20,141 nt of DNA from Fusobacteriota bacterium (GCA_051746725.1 JBNJFI010000034.1:1-20141); one strand, 5' to 3'. Shown: positions 1 to 9,917, numbered from the stretch's first letter. The notes: generated by a model from the sequence alone, not told the origin. Translations and numbers: made by a program.

Positions 1-12
1 TATTATTAATTA

Positions 13-1122
13 TTATCTAAATCTCATTGGATCTAAAGGCTTTCCATTTTTTCTGATTTCATAGTGTAAATGTGGTCCAGTTGATCTACCGGTATTTCCA
101 GTTTCTGCAACTAACTGCCCTTTTTTGACATATTCCCCACTATTTACAAAAATATTAACTAAATGACCATATCTCGTACTATATCCATTTGAATGAGATA
201 ATTTTAAGAGATTGCCATATCCGCCAGACCATCCTGCATAAGTTACTCTACCTGATCGTGGTGCATATATATTAGTTCCAGTACTTGCTCTTAAATCAAC
301 TCCATCATGCATATAATATTTTTTTAATACTGGATGGAATCTTTGACCAAATGGACTAGTAACACCTCTCCATTTTATAGGCCAACTAAATCCAGAATTT
401 CTTTGAGATCTAACATACACATTTTGGTTTTTAGATTTTATATAATGTATATCTGGATTAGGAATAAATATTTTTTGTCCCACAACTAAATTTGTTGTAT
501 TCAAGTCATTTTCTTCTAATATATCTGCAATTTTAACTTTATATCTGTTTGAAAGTTCGCTAAAAGTATCCCCTTTTTTGATTTCATAATTTATTCCTTC
601 TTTAGATAGGAGAGCTAATTTTTGACCAATTTGCAAAACTCCATCTCTTACTTCTGGATTATTAGCTATTAATATATCTATATCTTTACCTAGTTTTTTA
701 GCTATTTCATATAAAGTATCCCCTTTTTTGACTATATAATATTCTATTTTTAATTCATCGTCTTCTTCCTTGGAAGTCTCTTCATAATCTAAAGTATATT
801 CTTTTTCAAAAATATAGTCACTATCTTTTAAAATGCTTACACCATACTCGTCTTCATTTAAAAGTTCTTCTTCTGTGGGCATAACCTCTGTATTACCTGT
901 ATTTTCTGTTTCTGATAAATCCTCAGTACTTTCATCTTTTTCAGTACCTTCTGTATTTTCTATTACTTCTTTTTCTAATATTTTAATTGAATATTCATCT
1001 TGATTAGTTTTGGTGTCTTCATTTGAATTGCTCATTATAGAAGAAACTCCCATTACAAAAATAAATATTGCTATTAAAACTAGTACTACTCTAGTCTTAT
1101 TTATTCTCGTTCGGCTTTTCAT
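13..1122 (-). CDS. LysM-domain M23 family peptidoglycan endopeptidase, membrane anchored
   Basis: 369 aa. N-terminal hydrophobic anchor, acidic linker, two LysM repeats ([26 protein letters not shown]), C-terminal M23 domain with HDGVD and HLH zinc motifs. Start overlaps the rho stop (ATGA). Confidence 0.92.
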   Translation of the reverse strand: MKSRTRINKTRVVLVLIAIFIFVMGVSSIMSNSNEDTKTNQDEYSIKILEKEVIENTEGTEKDESTEDLSETENTGNTEVMPTEEELLNEDEYGVSILKDSDYIFEKEYTLDYEETSKEEDDELKIEYYIVKKGDTLYEIAKKLGKDIDILIANNPEVRDGVLQIGQKLALLSKEGINYEIKKGDTFSELSNRYKVKIADILEENDLNTTNLVVGQKIFIPNPDIHYIKSKNQNVYVRSQRNSGFSWPIKWRGVTSPFGQRFHPVLKKYYMHDGVDLRASTGTNIYAPRSGRVTYAGWSGGYGNLLKLSHSNGYSTRYGHLVNIFVNSGEYVKKGQLVAETGNTGRSTGPHLHYEIRKNGKPLDPMRFR

Positions 1123-2378
1123 TTGATCTCCTCCGTTTTTAAAAATTTATTTAATAACTTTTCATTATTTTCTGTTTCCTTTATTAGCTTTATAAGCTGT
1201 TTAGTTGCTTTAGCTGTTGTATATTTTGATAGATATTCTCTGATTTTCCAGATAATATTTAATCGACCTTCACCTAATAATAGCTCTTCACGTCTTGTTC
1301 CAGATTTTTTAATGTCAATTGATGGAAATATTCTCATCTCTGATAATTGTCTATCTAGATTTATTTCTAAATTCCCAGTTCCCTTAAATTCTTCATAGAT
1401 GACCTCATCCATTTTACTACCGGTTTCTACTAAAGTAGTTGCAATTATACTAAGACTTCCTCCATCTCGAATATTTCGTGCCGCTCCAAAAAAGTTTTTA
1501 GGATAATATAGAGCCTGCGGATCTATTCCCCCTGATAATATCTTTCCACTTGAAGGAATTACTATATTATAAGCTCTAGCCAATCTAGTTAAACTATCCA
1601 TTAATATAACTATATCTTTATTCTTTTCTAATTCACGCTTTGCTTTAGCTAAAACTTCCTCTGTGACATTTATGTGATTTTGAGGATTTTTATCAAATGT
1701 TGAAGCGAAAACTTCTGCATCTTCTACACTTTCTATAATGTCTGTAACTTCTTCTGGTCTTTCATCAATAAGTAGGATCCAAACTGCTGTTTCAGGATTA
1801 TTTTCTATTATACTATTAGCCATTCTCTTAAGTAACATGGTTTTTCCTGCCTTAGGTGGAGCTACAATTAATCCTCTTTGACCTTTTCCTATAGGAGATA
1901 CAAGGTCTATCATTCTCCCTGAAACATTATCCTTTTGAGAATTTTCCATTAATAATCTCTCTGTAGGATAATATGGTACTAATTCTTCAAAACTAACTCT
2001 ATTTTGTGCTTTAACTAATAGATCTCCATTCACTAAAAGCATCTTTAACATAGCAAAATTATTTTCATCTCCAACAGGCTTTCTTATTTCACCTATTATT
2101 ATATCACCTGTTCTAAGAGAGAATTTTTTTATCTGAGATGCTGATACATAGATGTCCTTTTGGACATTTGTTTCTCTAATAAATCCATATCCATCAGGTA
2201 AGACATCAAGTTTTCCATATCCTATTATTACATCTTCATCTTCACTCTTTTTTTCTATTATTTTATAAATAAGTTCGTTTTTCCTATATTCATAAGGCTT
2301 TTTTATATCTAAGCCTTTTGCTATCTCGCGTAATTCTTTGACTTTCTTTTTTATAAGTTCTTTTTCTCCAAAATCCAT
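1119..2378 (-). CDS. rho: Transcription termination factor Rho
   Basis: 419 aa. DGYGFIR RNA-binding motif, [19 protein letters not shown]alker [29 protein letters not shown]. Confidence 0.98.
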   Translation of the reverse strand: MDFGEKELIKKKVKELREIAKGLDIKKPYEYRKNELIYKIIEKKSEDEDVIIGYGKLDVLPDGYGFIRETNVQKDIYVSASQIKKFSLRTGDIIIGEIRKPVGDENNFAMLKMLLVNGDLLVKAQNRVSFEELVPYYPTERLLMENSQKDNVSGRMIDLVSPIGKGQRGLIVAPPKAGKTMLLKRMANSIIENNPETAVWILLIDERPEEVTDIIESVEDAEVFASTFDKNPQNHINVTEEVLAKAKRELEKNKDIVILMDSLTRLARAYNIVIPSSGKILSGGIDPQALYYPKNFFGAARNIRDGGSLSIIATTLVETGSKMDEVIYEEFKGTGNLEINLDRQLSEMRIFPSIDIKKSGTRREELLLGEGRLNIIWKIREYLSKYTTAKATKQLIKLIKETENNEKLLNKFLKTEEIK

Positions 2379-2390
2379 TGGTCACTTCCT

Positions 2391-3374
2391 TTATCTCATT
2401 TTATAAAGAATATACATTCCTATTATATAAATAATTCCAATTAATAAACTGTCTCCTCTTTTCTTCTTTTCTCTAGATATAGTACCAATCATCATAACAA
2501 CAAGAAGCAATATTGAAAACAAGGCTGCAATTATCTGAAAATCTTGTATTTCTTCCATAAGTCTTTTTTGAGTTGCAAAAAGATCTGCTATAAAAATAAT
2601 TGCAATGTTAAATAGATTACTTCCTAATAAATTTCCAGCAGCCATATCATAGCTTCCTAATTTTACTGCTTGAACTGAAACTGTAAGTTCTGGTAAGGAT
2701 GTTGCTAGAGCCAAAAATATTACTCCAACAAAACTACTACCAAGTTTTATTCCAAAAATTGGAGTCACAGAAATTATACTTGCTACTTTTACTAATAAAA
2801 CTCCTGAAATTATAACTAATCCAGCCATAATAATAAATCCAAATTTTGCTTTTTTGTAAGGCATATCTGGAATAAACTCTTCCTCTTCTTGACTAATCTC
2901 TTCTACTAAGTCTCTTTCAAAAATATAAATATATTTCATAGAAAAAATATACCCTATCATTATAATAGCAGAAAATATGCTGAATCCAAAAAAGGTGATA
3001 TCTCCTAGTACGTATCCCATTATAAATATAAGAGTCAATCCAAGTGATAATAATCCAGTTAAAATATTTTTAGGATGAATTGAGTTGGTAAACGAAATTT
3101 TTTTTAAAATTATATAATCTAATATAAAAATTATGAAAATATTAAACATATTACTACCAAAAATATTAGATACAGCCATATCTGGATTCCCCAAAAAAGA
3201 AGCTGACCCACTTGTTATAAGTTCTGGTAAAGATGTAATAGAGGCTAACATAACAATGCCTATCCAACTTTTTTCAAGCTTTTTTGCATCACCTATTACA
3301 TCTCCATATATGCTTAATTTTTTTCCTGAATATATTACTATTATCGACAGTAATAGAAAATAGATAAATACCAT
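2391..3374 (-). CDS. Ca2+/cation antiporter (CaCA, YrbG-like sodium:calcium exchanger)
   Basis: 327 aa, about 10 hydrophobic segments, duplicated alpha-repeats ITSLPEL...GSNMFN and ATSLPEL...GSNLFN. Confidence 0.9.
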   Translation of the reverse strand: MVFIYFLLLSIIVIYSGKKLSIYGDVIGDAKKLEKSWIGIVMLASITSLPELITSGSASFLGNPDMAVSNIFGSNMFNIFIIFILDYIILKKISFTNSIHPKNILTGLLSLGLTLIFIMGYVLGDITFFGFSIFSAIIMIGYIFSMKYIYIFERDLVEEISQEEEEFIPDMPYKKAKFGFIIMAGLVIISGVLLVKVASIISVTPIFGIKLGSSFVGVIFLALATSLPELTVSVQAVKLGSYDMAAGNLLGSNLFNIAIIFIADLFATQKRLMEEIQDFQIIAALFSILLLVVMMIGTISREKKKRGDSLLIGIIYIIGMYILYKMR

Positions 3375-3377
3375 TTA

Positions 3378-3755
3378 TTACATCCTTCCTAACTCTAGAT
3401 ATGTCCTTATCCCTGAAATAAAACCCATGGAATTGAAAGGCTTTGTTATAAACCCATCAGCTCCCACATTAAATGCTACTTTTTTATCTGCAGATGATAA
3501 TTTTGCAGAAAACATAACAATTGGGACTTCATCTAATTCAGGATCTTTTCTCATCCTCTCACAGACTTCTATACCATCCATTCCAGGCATCATAATATCT
3601 AAAATTATTAAATCCAAGTCCTTGGATTTAGCTTTTTTAATTCCTTCTTTTCCGTTATACGCAACTGATACTTCATAACCTTCTGAAGTAAGTAGCATTT
3701 CTACTACTTCTGAAACATCTTTTTCATCATCTATTAATAATATTTTTTTATTCAT
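3378..3755 (-). CDS. Single-domain response regulator (receiver domain only)
   Basis: 125 aa. ILLIDDE, LDIMMPGMDG (phospho-Asp), FSA and TKPF motifs; no output domain. Confidence 0.93.
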   Translation of the reverse strand: MNKKILLIDDEKDVSEVVEMLLTSEGYEVSVAYNGKEGIKKAKSKDLDLIILDIMMPGMDGIEVCERMRKDPELDEVPIVMFSAKLSSADKKVAFNVGADGFITKPFNSMGFISGIRTYLELGRM

Positions 3756-3805
3756 CTCGCATCACTCCTGCTTTTTTTAGTAGAATTAATATTAAAAGTT
3801 CTCAG

Positions 3806-5107
3806 TTATAATTTTGCATAAAATAATTTTACTTCTCCTGGAGCTAATCCATATTCTAAATTTTGAAGGACTTCACTCATTCTATGCCCATGTGATATAT
3901 CTTCTACATTATTACTACCTAAAACACTATAAATATCATTAACATATATATGATGAGTTTCAGTTGCGCTTTTGTTTGTAATAACAAAAATCTTTTCTGA
4001 ACCATCTAAACTCTTTTTTGTAAAACCATATATATCATTATTATCAAATGTATACATATCAATCATATTATCTTCTTGTAAAACTTTATAATTTGATTTT
4101 ATCTCATTTATTTTGGATATTTCATCTGAAATATCATACTTTTTTTCTTCTACCCAATTTGGATTTGTTTTTACAACATCGATCTGTTTTTCAAATCCAT
4201 ACTCAAAACCATAAGTCATAGCAATACTTGATGAAAAATATGAACAGGTAGCGTATTTTTCCACTGCTAATTTAGAATTCCCATTCACCTCTTCGGCATA
4301 TCTCTTTGTATCATGATTTGAAGGAAAAGTCATAGATGGATATTGACCTGCCCAATCTTTATAATCTTTTAAGAAATAATCTGCTTTAAGATCCCACCAT
4401 TTGAAACTATTCATAACATAATCAAATCCAGCTTCAGCTGTTTCCATTAGTTGTGCTGGTTGACATCCCAAGGTTTCTGCAATAAATATTACATCTGGAT
4501 ATTTGCTTTTCACCATTGAAGTTAAAAACTTCCAAAGTTCAGTTGGTACATGATACGCTGCATCACATCTAAATCCTCTAACTCCTAAATCTGCATAATA
4601 CATAATCATATCTAACCAATAATCCCATAATTCCTCTTTTTTAGGAGAATTTTCATTATCAATTTGAGCTAAGTCTCCCCATTCTATCCATTCATTTCCA
4701 TCCATGGCACCTGGTTTTTTTATATTTCCATTTTCATCTTTCATATACCATTCTGGATGTTCTTTAGTTAAAGGAGAATCTATTGCCGTATGGTTAATTA
4801 CTAAATCCATAACCATATTCATCCCTTTAGATTCTGCAGTTTTGCATACTTTTTTGAGCAACTTATCTCCTTGTTCTCTTTGTCCTTCTAGATCTGAAAA
4901 ATCCATCTCTCCTTTTACAAATAATGGATGATATAAATAGTAATCTTTTATAGCATAATCTGAACCAGAAAACCCTGGCGCATGGAATGGATTTACATAA
5001 ATCCAATTAAAATTCATATTTTTTATTCTATCAAAGTGTTCCATCCAATTTTCCATGCTTCCTACTAATTTCGGATATAAATTATACATTCTTATTCCCT
5101 TTTTCAA
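3806..5107 (-). CDS. GH13 alpha-amylase-family glycosidase, cytoplasmic
   Basis: GH13 regions DLVINH, GFRCDAAYHV (nucleophile Asp), AET (acid/base Glu), SNHD; no signal peptide. The ORF-track GTG at 5116 overlaps the AGGAG RBS (5116-5120), so the in-frame TTG at 5107 is the likelier start. Confidence 0.88.
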   Translation of the reverse strand: MKKGIRMYNLYPKLVGSMENWMEHFDRIKNMNFNWIYVNPFHAPGFSGSDYAIKDYYLYHPLFVKGEMDFSDLEGQREQGDKLLKKVCKTAESKGMNMVMDLVINHTAIDSPLTKEHPEWYMKDENGNIKKPGAMDGNEWIEWGDLAQIDNENSPKKEELWDYWLDMIMYYADLGVRGFRCDAAYHVPTELWKFLTSMVKSKYPDVIFIAETLGCQPAQLMETAEAGFDYVMNSFKWWDLKADYFLKDYKDWAGQYPSMTFPSNHDTKRYAEEVNGNSKLAVEKYATCSYFSSSIAMTYGFEYGFEKQIDVVKTNPNWVEEKKYDISDEISKINEIKSNYKVLQEDNMIDMYTFDNNDIYGFTKKSLDGSEKIFVITNKSATETHHIYVNDIYSVLGSNNVEDISHGHRMSEVLQNLEYGLAPGEVKLFYAKL

Positions 5108-5135
5108 AATGATCACTCCTATTTATTATAATATT

Positions 5136-6464
5136 TTATTTTTCGCTTCCTTCTATAATATCTCCATACAAAGTCCAAGTATTCCATTTGGTGATTTTAA
5201 CCTTAACAAATTTACCTTTTAACTTTTCATCTTTTTTGATAATAACTATCTTATTGCCTTGGGTTCTTCCAAAAAAGTTATCTGGATTTTTTCTAGTTTC
5301 ACCTTCAACTAATATCTCAACTGTTTTATTCAAAAAAGATTCACTTTGTTTATTTGTTATATCTTTTTGTATTTTAAGTAATTTTTGTAATCTTCTTTCT
5401 TTTTCTTTTTTATCAACTTGTTCTTCCATTTTAGCAGCTGGAGTTCCTTCACGTTTTGAATACATAAACATATATGCATTATCATACTCAACTTTTTTTA
5501 CAACATCTAGAGTATCATTGAAGTCTTCAACTGTTTCCCCTGGAAAACCAACAATTATATCTGTGGTTATAGTTATTCCTGGATTGGTATTTTTCAATTT
5601 ATCTACTAACTTTAAATATTCCTCTTTGGTATATCCCCTATTCATTTTTTTTAAAATATTAGTAGATCCAGATTGCAAAGGTAAATGTACATAATTACAA
5701 ACTTTTTCCTCTTTTGCCATAACCTTTAATACATCATCTGTAAAATCTCTAGGGTGCGGAGATATAAATCTTATTCTAAATTTCTCTTTTATTTTTGCTA
5801 TACTCTCTAAGAGATCTGCAAAATTAGTATTTTTAAGATCCTTGCCATAAGAATTTACATTTTGACCCAAAAGCATTATTTCTTTATAACCGCTATCTAA
5901 GTAATTTTTAACACTTTTAATAATATCTTTTTTGGGAACACTTCTCTCTCTTCCTCTAACATAAGGTACAATACAGTAAGTGCAAAAATTGTTACACCCA
6001 TATGTTATAGAAACATCAGCAGTTATATCTGATTCAAAGTCTGCACTTAGATTTGGTGGAAGTTCATTTTCATTTTCCACTGAAACTATTCTTTTTTTAT
6101 GTTGTTTTGACTTTATAACTTCTATATTTTCTGGTAATTTGTGTATATTTTGGTTTCCCATTATAATATCAACGTAATGCGCTTTTCTTATAATTCTTTT
6201 AGGATCTTCTTGGGCTAAACAACCTGCAATTATAATAATAGCATCTTCATTTTTATCCTTTACTGCCTTAGCTTCTCCTAATTTTCCATAAACTCTATTT
6301 TCTGCACTTTTTCTAATTGTACAAGTATTTAAAACAATAATACTCGCTTTTTTGATATCTTCTGTTATCTCATAATTCATATCTTCTAAAATTTTTCTAA
6401 TTTTACCACTGTCATTTACATTCATCTGACATCCATATGTTATTACTTTCGCCTTCTCTTTCAT
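5136..6464 (-). CDS. miaB: tRNA (N6-isopentenyl adenosine(37)-C2)-methylthiotransferase MiaB
   Basis: 442 aa. TYGCQMNVND and NTCTIR N-domain motifs, radical-SAM CNNFCTYC, C-terminal TRAM domain; RBS GAGGTG at 6470-6475. Confidence 0.95.
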   Translation of the reverse strand: MKEKAKVITYGCQMNVNDSGKIRKILEDMNYEITEDIKKASIIVLNTCTIRKSAENRVYGKLGEAKAVKDKNEDAIIIIAGCLAQEDPKRIIRKAHYVDIIMGNQNIHKLPENIEVIKSKQHKKRIVSVENENELPPNLSADFESDITADVSITYGCNNFCTYCIVPYVRGRERSVPKKDIIKSVKNYLDSGYKEIMLLGQNVNSYGKDLKNTNFADLLESIAKIKEKFRIRFISPHPRDFTDDVLKVMAKEEKVCNYVHLPLQSGSTNILKKMNRGYTKEEYLKLVDKLKNTNPGITITTDIIVGFPGETVEDFNDTLDVVKKVEYDNAYMFMYSKREGTPAAKMEEQVDKKEKERRLQKLLKIQKDITNKQSESFLNKTVEILVEGETRKNPDNFFGRTQGNKIVIIKKDEKLKGKFVKVKITKWNTWTLYGDIIEGSEK

Positions 6465-6493
6465 TTATTCACCTCAATATATTTTCTCTATAA

Positions 6494-6522
6494 ATTATAC
6501 CACATCTCACTTGATTTTTCAA
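6494..6522 (-). promoter_or_regulatory. Sigma-70/A promoter of the miaB-rho operon
   Basis: Minus strand TTGAAA (6522-6517), 17-nt spacer, TATAAT (6499-6494) with an extended TGn. Confidence 0.7.
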
Positions 6523-6635
6523 TGATATCAACGACTTATTTTCTTATTGTAATCAATCCTAACTAATAAAGATTAAAATTCTTTTTTGGCTTATTCTTTT
6601 TATTTAATATATAACAAAAAAGATAATCTAGATAT

Positions 6636-6678
6636 TAATAAGAGAGCAAGAACCCGGTGATGGATTCTTGCTCTTTTA
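6636..6678 (-). terminator. Intrinsic terminator after metY, possibly bidirectional
   Basis: Minus-strand stem AGAGCAAGAAUCC/GGGUUCUUGCUCU (one G-U pair), 6-nt loop, tail CUUAUUA; T-rich tail also on the plus side. Confidence 0.75.
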
Positions 6679-6699
6679 TACCTTAAATTTATTTAATTG

Positions 6700-7977
6700 T
6701 TATTTAATTTTATTTAATGATTGTTTTATATCATCAAGTAAATCTTCAAATGATTCTAAACCTACTGATATTCTAATTAAATTAGATGATATCCCTGACT
6801 CTTCTAATTCACTTTCACTTAATTGACCGTGTGTTGTACTTGCTGGGTGTATAATTAATGATTTAGCATCAGCTACATTGGCTAAATGAGAGAAGAGCTC
6901 TAAATTATCTATGAATTTCTTCCCAGCTTCTAAACCGCCCTTAATTCCAAAGGTAAAAATTGAACCTGCTCCCTTAGGAAGATATTTTTCCTGTAATTTG
7001 TTATAAGGATTTCCTTCTAAACCTGGATAATTAACCCACTCTATCTTATCGTTATTGTTTAGAAATTCAGCGACCTTTTTTGCATTTTCAATATGTCTAT
7101 CCATTCTAAGTGATAGTGTTTCAATTCCTTGTAATAAAAGAAATGAATTAAAAGGACTTATAGCAGCTCCTGTATCTCTTAAAAGTTGTACTCTAGCTTT
7201 TAAAATATATGCAGGTTTTCCTAAGTCAGCATATTTTAAATTATTATAACTAGGATCTGGAATAGTAAAGTCTTCAAATTTACCATTGGACCAATCAAAG
7301 TTTCCAGAATCTACTATAACTCCTCCTATAGTTGTTCCATGCCCTCCTAAAAATTTAGTTGCAGAATAAACTACTATATCTGCACCATATTCAATAGGTT
7401 TACATAAGTATGGCGTTGCAAAAGTATTATCTACAATTAATGGAATTCCATTATCATGTGCTATATTAGCCACTTTTTCTATGTCTATTACATTGATTTT
7501 GGGATTTCCAATAGTTTCTATATATAATGCTTTAGTTTTAGGAGTTATTGCTTCTTCAAATTCTTCTACGTTATCTCCATTAACAAATGTGGTATTTATA
7601 CCATATTTCGGTAAAGTCTTAGATAAAAGATTATATGTTCCTCCATATAATGTATTTGCAGCCACTATCTCATCTCCTGCTTTTGCAATATTCATTATTG
7701 AATATGTAATTGCAGAAGATCCTGAGGCAACCGCCAATGCTCCTACTCCTCCATCTAAAGCAGCCATCCTTTTTTCTAAAACTTCTGTTGTAGGATTACC
7801 TATTCTAGTATAAATATTCCCCGGTTCTTTTAAATCAAACAATCTCTTTGCGTGATCAGTATCTTTAAAAAGATAAGATGTTGTTTGATATATTGGCACT
7901 GCCCTTGACAAAGTTTCCTTATCTGGCTTTTGTCCTGCGTGAAGTTGTAGTGTTTCAAACCCTAATTTTTTTTCCAT
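6700..7977 (-). CDS. metY: O-acetylhomoserine/O-acetylserine sulfhydrylase (Cys/Met PLP family)
   Basis: [33 protein letters not shown] (PLP Lys), [20 protein letters not shown]. The GGAGG RBS (7984-7988) abuts the track's GTG at 7983, so ATG at 7977 is the likelier start. Confidence 0.93.
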   Translation of the reverse strand: MEKKLGFETLQLHAGQKPDKETLSRAVPIYQTTSYLFKDTDHAKRLFDLKEPGNIYTRIGNPTTEVLEKRMAALDGGVGALAVASGSSAITYSIMNIAKAGDEIVAANTLYGGTYNLLSKTLPKYGINTTFVNGDNVEEFEEAITPKTKALYIETIGNPKINVIDIEKVANIAHDNGIPLIVDNTFATPYLCKPIEYGADIVVYSATKFLGGHGTTIGGVIVDSGNFDWSNGKFEDFTIPDPSYNNLKYADLGKPAYILKARVQLLRDTGAAISPFNSFLLLQGIETLSLRMDRHIENAKKVAEFLNNNDKIEWVNYPGLEGNPYNKLQEKYLPKGAGSIFTFGIKGGLEAGKKFIDNLELFSHLANVADAKSLIIHPASTTHGQLSESELEESGISSNLIRISVGLESFEDLLDDIKQSLNKIK

Positions 7978-8027
7978 TTTCACCCTCCATTTGGTACTTT
8001 TGATTTTTTATATTTTATTACTTATTA

Positions 8028-8252
8028 TCATTCATATCTTATTATTCCACCCTTTTTTGACTTTAACTTATTACATTTATTACAAAAGAAATTTACTGCT
8101 CCACAACCGGCTATTAATTCTAATTTCTCATTGCATTCATCGCAATATCTATTTTTCTTATATTTTTTTCCACATTCTTGGCATATATAATTATTAGCAT
8201 TTTCTTTTACTAATTTTCCATTGCACTCTTTACATATGTTTTTCCCGTCCAT
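8028..8252 (-). CDS. YfgJ-family (DUF1407) double zinc-ribbon protein
   Basis: 74 aa, four CxxC pairs and the LELIAGCGAVNFFC signature; RBS AAGGAG overlaps the cysK stop. Confidence 0.8.
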   Translation of the reverse strand: MDGKNICKECNGKLVKENANNYICQECGKKYKKNRYCDECNEKLELIAGCGAVNFFCNKCNKLKSKKGGIIRYE

Positions 8253-8261
8253 AAATACTCC

Positions 8262-9176
8262 TTATTTAAATATATCCATTGATAAATATCTTTCCCCAGT
8301 ATCTGGCAATAAAACCACTATCTTTTTTCCTTTATTTTCAGGTTTTTTAGCAAGTCTCAAGGCTACAGCCATTGCAGCTCCTGAAGAAATACCAGCTAAA
8401 ACTCCTTCTTCTTTAGCTAATCGCCGCATCATTTCAAAAGACTGATCATTTTCTATCTTTTCTATTCTATCATAAGCATTTGTATCTAAAATTTCAGGAA
8501 CAAAACCAGCTCCTATACCTTGTATCTTATGAGGTCCAGGGTTCTCTCCAGATAAAACTGCAGATCCTTCTGGTTCAACAGCAACTATTTCAACTCCATC
8601 TATACGTTTTTTCAATTCTTGCCCTACTCCTGTTATGGTTCCACCTGTTCCAATTCCTGCAATAAATATATCAACTTCACCATCTGTATCTTCTATTATT
8701 TCAAGTGCTGTTGTTTTTCTATGAACATCTGGATTTGCAGGGTTTTGAAATTGCTGAGGTATAAAAGCATTTTCATATTCTTTTGCTAATTCCTGAGCTT
8801 TATCAATAGTAGCTTTCATTCCACCTGTTCCAGGTGTCAAAACTAATTCTGCACCATAAGCTTTTAATATAGCCCTTCTCTCTTTACTCATTGTATCTGG
8901 CATAATTAAAATTAATTTATATCCTTTTACTGCTGATACCATAGCCAACCCAATACCTGTATTTCCACTTGTAGGTTCTATTATAACAGAATCTTTCTTT
9001 AATGAGCCATCTTTTTCAGCTGCTTCTATCATGTTTTTGGCTATTCTATCTTTGACGCTTCCCCCTGGATTAAATGATTCTAATTTTCCATATATAACTG
9101 CTTCAGAATCATTAATCTTATTTATTTCTACCATCGGTGTTTTTCCTATTTTTTCTAAAATATTTTTGTATATCAT
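8262..9176 (-). CDS. cysK: Cysteine synthase A (O-acetylserine sulfhydrylase)
   Basis: NPGGSVKDR (PLP Lys), EPTSGNTG, GIGTGGT, HKIQGIGAGF, PDTGERYLS. The track's TTG at 9185 abuts the AGGAG RBS, so ATG at 9176 is the likelier start. Confidence 0.97.
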   Translation of the reverse strand: MIYKNILEKIGKTPMVEINKINDSEAVIYGKLESFNPGGSVKDRIAKNMIEAAEKDGSLKKDSVIIEPTSGNTGIGLAMVSAVKGYKLILIMPDTMSKERRAILKAYGAELVLTPGTGGMKATIDKAQELAKEYENAFIPQQFQNPANPDVHRKTTALEIIEDTDGEVDIFIAGIGTGGTITGVGQELKKRIDGVEIVAVEPEGSAVLSGENPGPHKIQGIGAGFVPEILDTNAYDRIEKIENDQSFEMMRRLAKEEGVLAGISSGAAMAVALRLAKKPENKGKKIVVLLPDTGERYLSMDIFK

Positions 9177-9191
9177 TTTTTTCAACTCCTT

Positions 9192-9611
9192 TTAAATATA
9201 ATACATATTTTTATTTAAATATTTCTCTTTTAGATCTTCTAATGTTATATTACTTAGAAAATCTTCTATATTTTTTTCCAACTCTTGCCAAACATTTGTA
9301 ACCAAATGACGTTCTATTCCATCTAGATTTTGCTTATCTTCTTTTTTGATAATTTCCAAGCTTCCTTCTAAAGATTCTAATATTTCTTTTAAAGTAATTT
9401 CCTTGGGATCTTTTGATAATGAATATCCGCCATTAACTCCCTTTTTTGATATTACCAATCCTGACTTTTTCAAGGAAGAGAAAATTTGCTCTAAATATTT
9501 TTTAGAAATTTTTTCTTCTTTGGATATTTCCTTTAAAGATACTCTGTCATTTTTAAAAGAAATATAAAAAAGCGCCCTTAACCCATATCTTGATTTCGTC
9601 GAGAATTTCAA
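9192..9611 (-). CDS. cymR: Rrf2-family transcriptional regulator, CymR-like
   Basis: KFSTKSRYGLRAL, YLEQIF and KKGVNGGY winged-helix motifs; no Cys residues; C-terminal MYYI; directly upstream of cysK. Start reassigned to TTG 9611 (RBS AGGGGTGA 9616-9623) because ATG 9659 lies inside the promoter. Confidence 0.82.
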   Translation of the reverse strand: MKFSTKSRYGLRALFYISFKNDRVSLKEISKEEKISKKYLEQIFSSLKKSGLVISKKGVNGGYSLSKDPKEITLKEILESLEGSLEIIKKEDKQNLDGIERHLVTNVWQELEKNIEDFLSNITLEDLKEKYLNKNMYYI

Positions 9612-9649
9612 CCAATCACCCCTTTTCCCTATCTGTTTAATATGATTTA

Positions 9650-9678
9650 ATAATACCATACCTTAGTTTACTTGTCAA
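9650..9678 (-). promoter_or_regulatory. Sigma-70/A promoter of cymR-cysK-zinc ribbon-metY
   Basis: Minus strand TTGACA (9678-9673), 17-nt spacer, TATTAT (9655-9650) with an extended TGn. Confidence 0.75.
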
Positions 9679-9682
9679 GTAT
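9658..9682. promoter_or_regulatory. Putative 25-bp Rrf2-type operator over the -35 box
   Basis: ATACCTTAGTTTACTTGTCAAGTAT is an imperfect palindrome matching 20/25 positions of the IscR type-1 consensus ATASYYGACTRwwwYAGTCRRSTAT (consensus from memory). Confidence 0.6.
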
Positions 9683-9888
9683 TTTTTTATAATATTTTAT
9701 ACCGTCTTATTTATATTGGATTATCGATGTATTTTCTTTTCTTTTTAAATTCTTTAAAATAACCTACCTTTTAACTAGTTTAATTATGGATTGTAGAGAC
9801 TGTTTCTTTTTATTTTTTAAAATAATATTAAGTAAAAAAGCCATTTCATAATTATATAAACCCAGTTAAGTTATGTCTTCTAGATATT

Positions 9889-9917
9889 AAAAAAGAGTAA
9901 ACGCAATGTCTTACTCT
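9889..9917 (-). terminator. Intrinsic terminator after the family-3 solute-binding protein gene
   Basis: Minus-strand stem AGAGUAA(G)AC/GUUUACUCU with a 5-nt loop, followed by a U run. Confidence 0.7.

Noticed and set aside
563..731. Exact 19-nt direct repeat AAAGTATCCCCTTTTTTGA at 563-581 and 713-731
   Set aside because: The 150-nt in-frame spacing matches the KKGDT motif of the two LysM repeats; only two copies, so not CRISPR or a mobile repeat.
9612..9659. 16-aa N-terminal extension of the Rrf2 ORF from ATG 9659
   Set aside because: It starts inside the promoter and operator, upstream of the predicted transcription start; the RBS and family N-terminus point to TTG 9611.
9683..9878. AT-rich spacer with short palindromes (AACTAGTT; AGAGACTGTTTCT before a T run)
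   Set aside because: Stems are too short or loops too small, and such patterns are expected at about 18% GC; no SAM or T-box leader motifs are visible.
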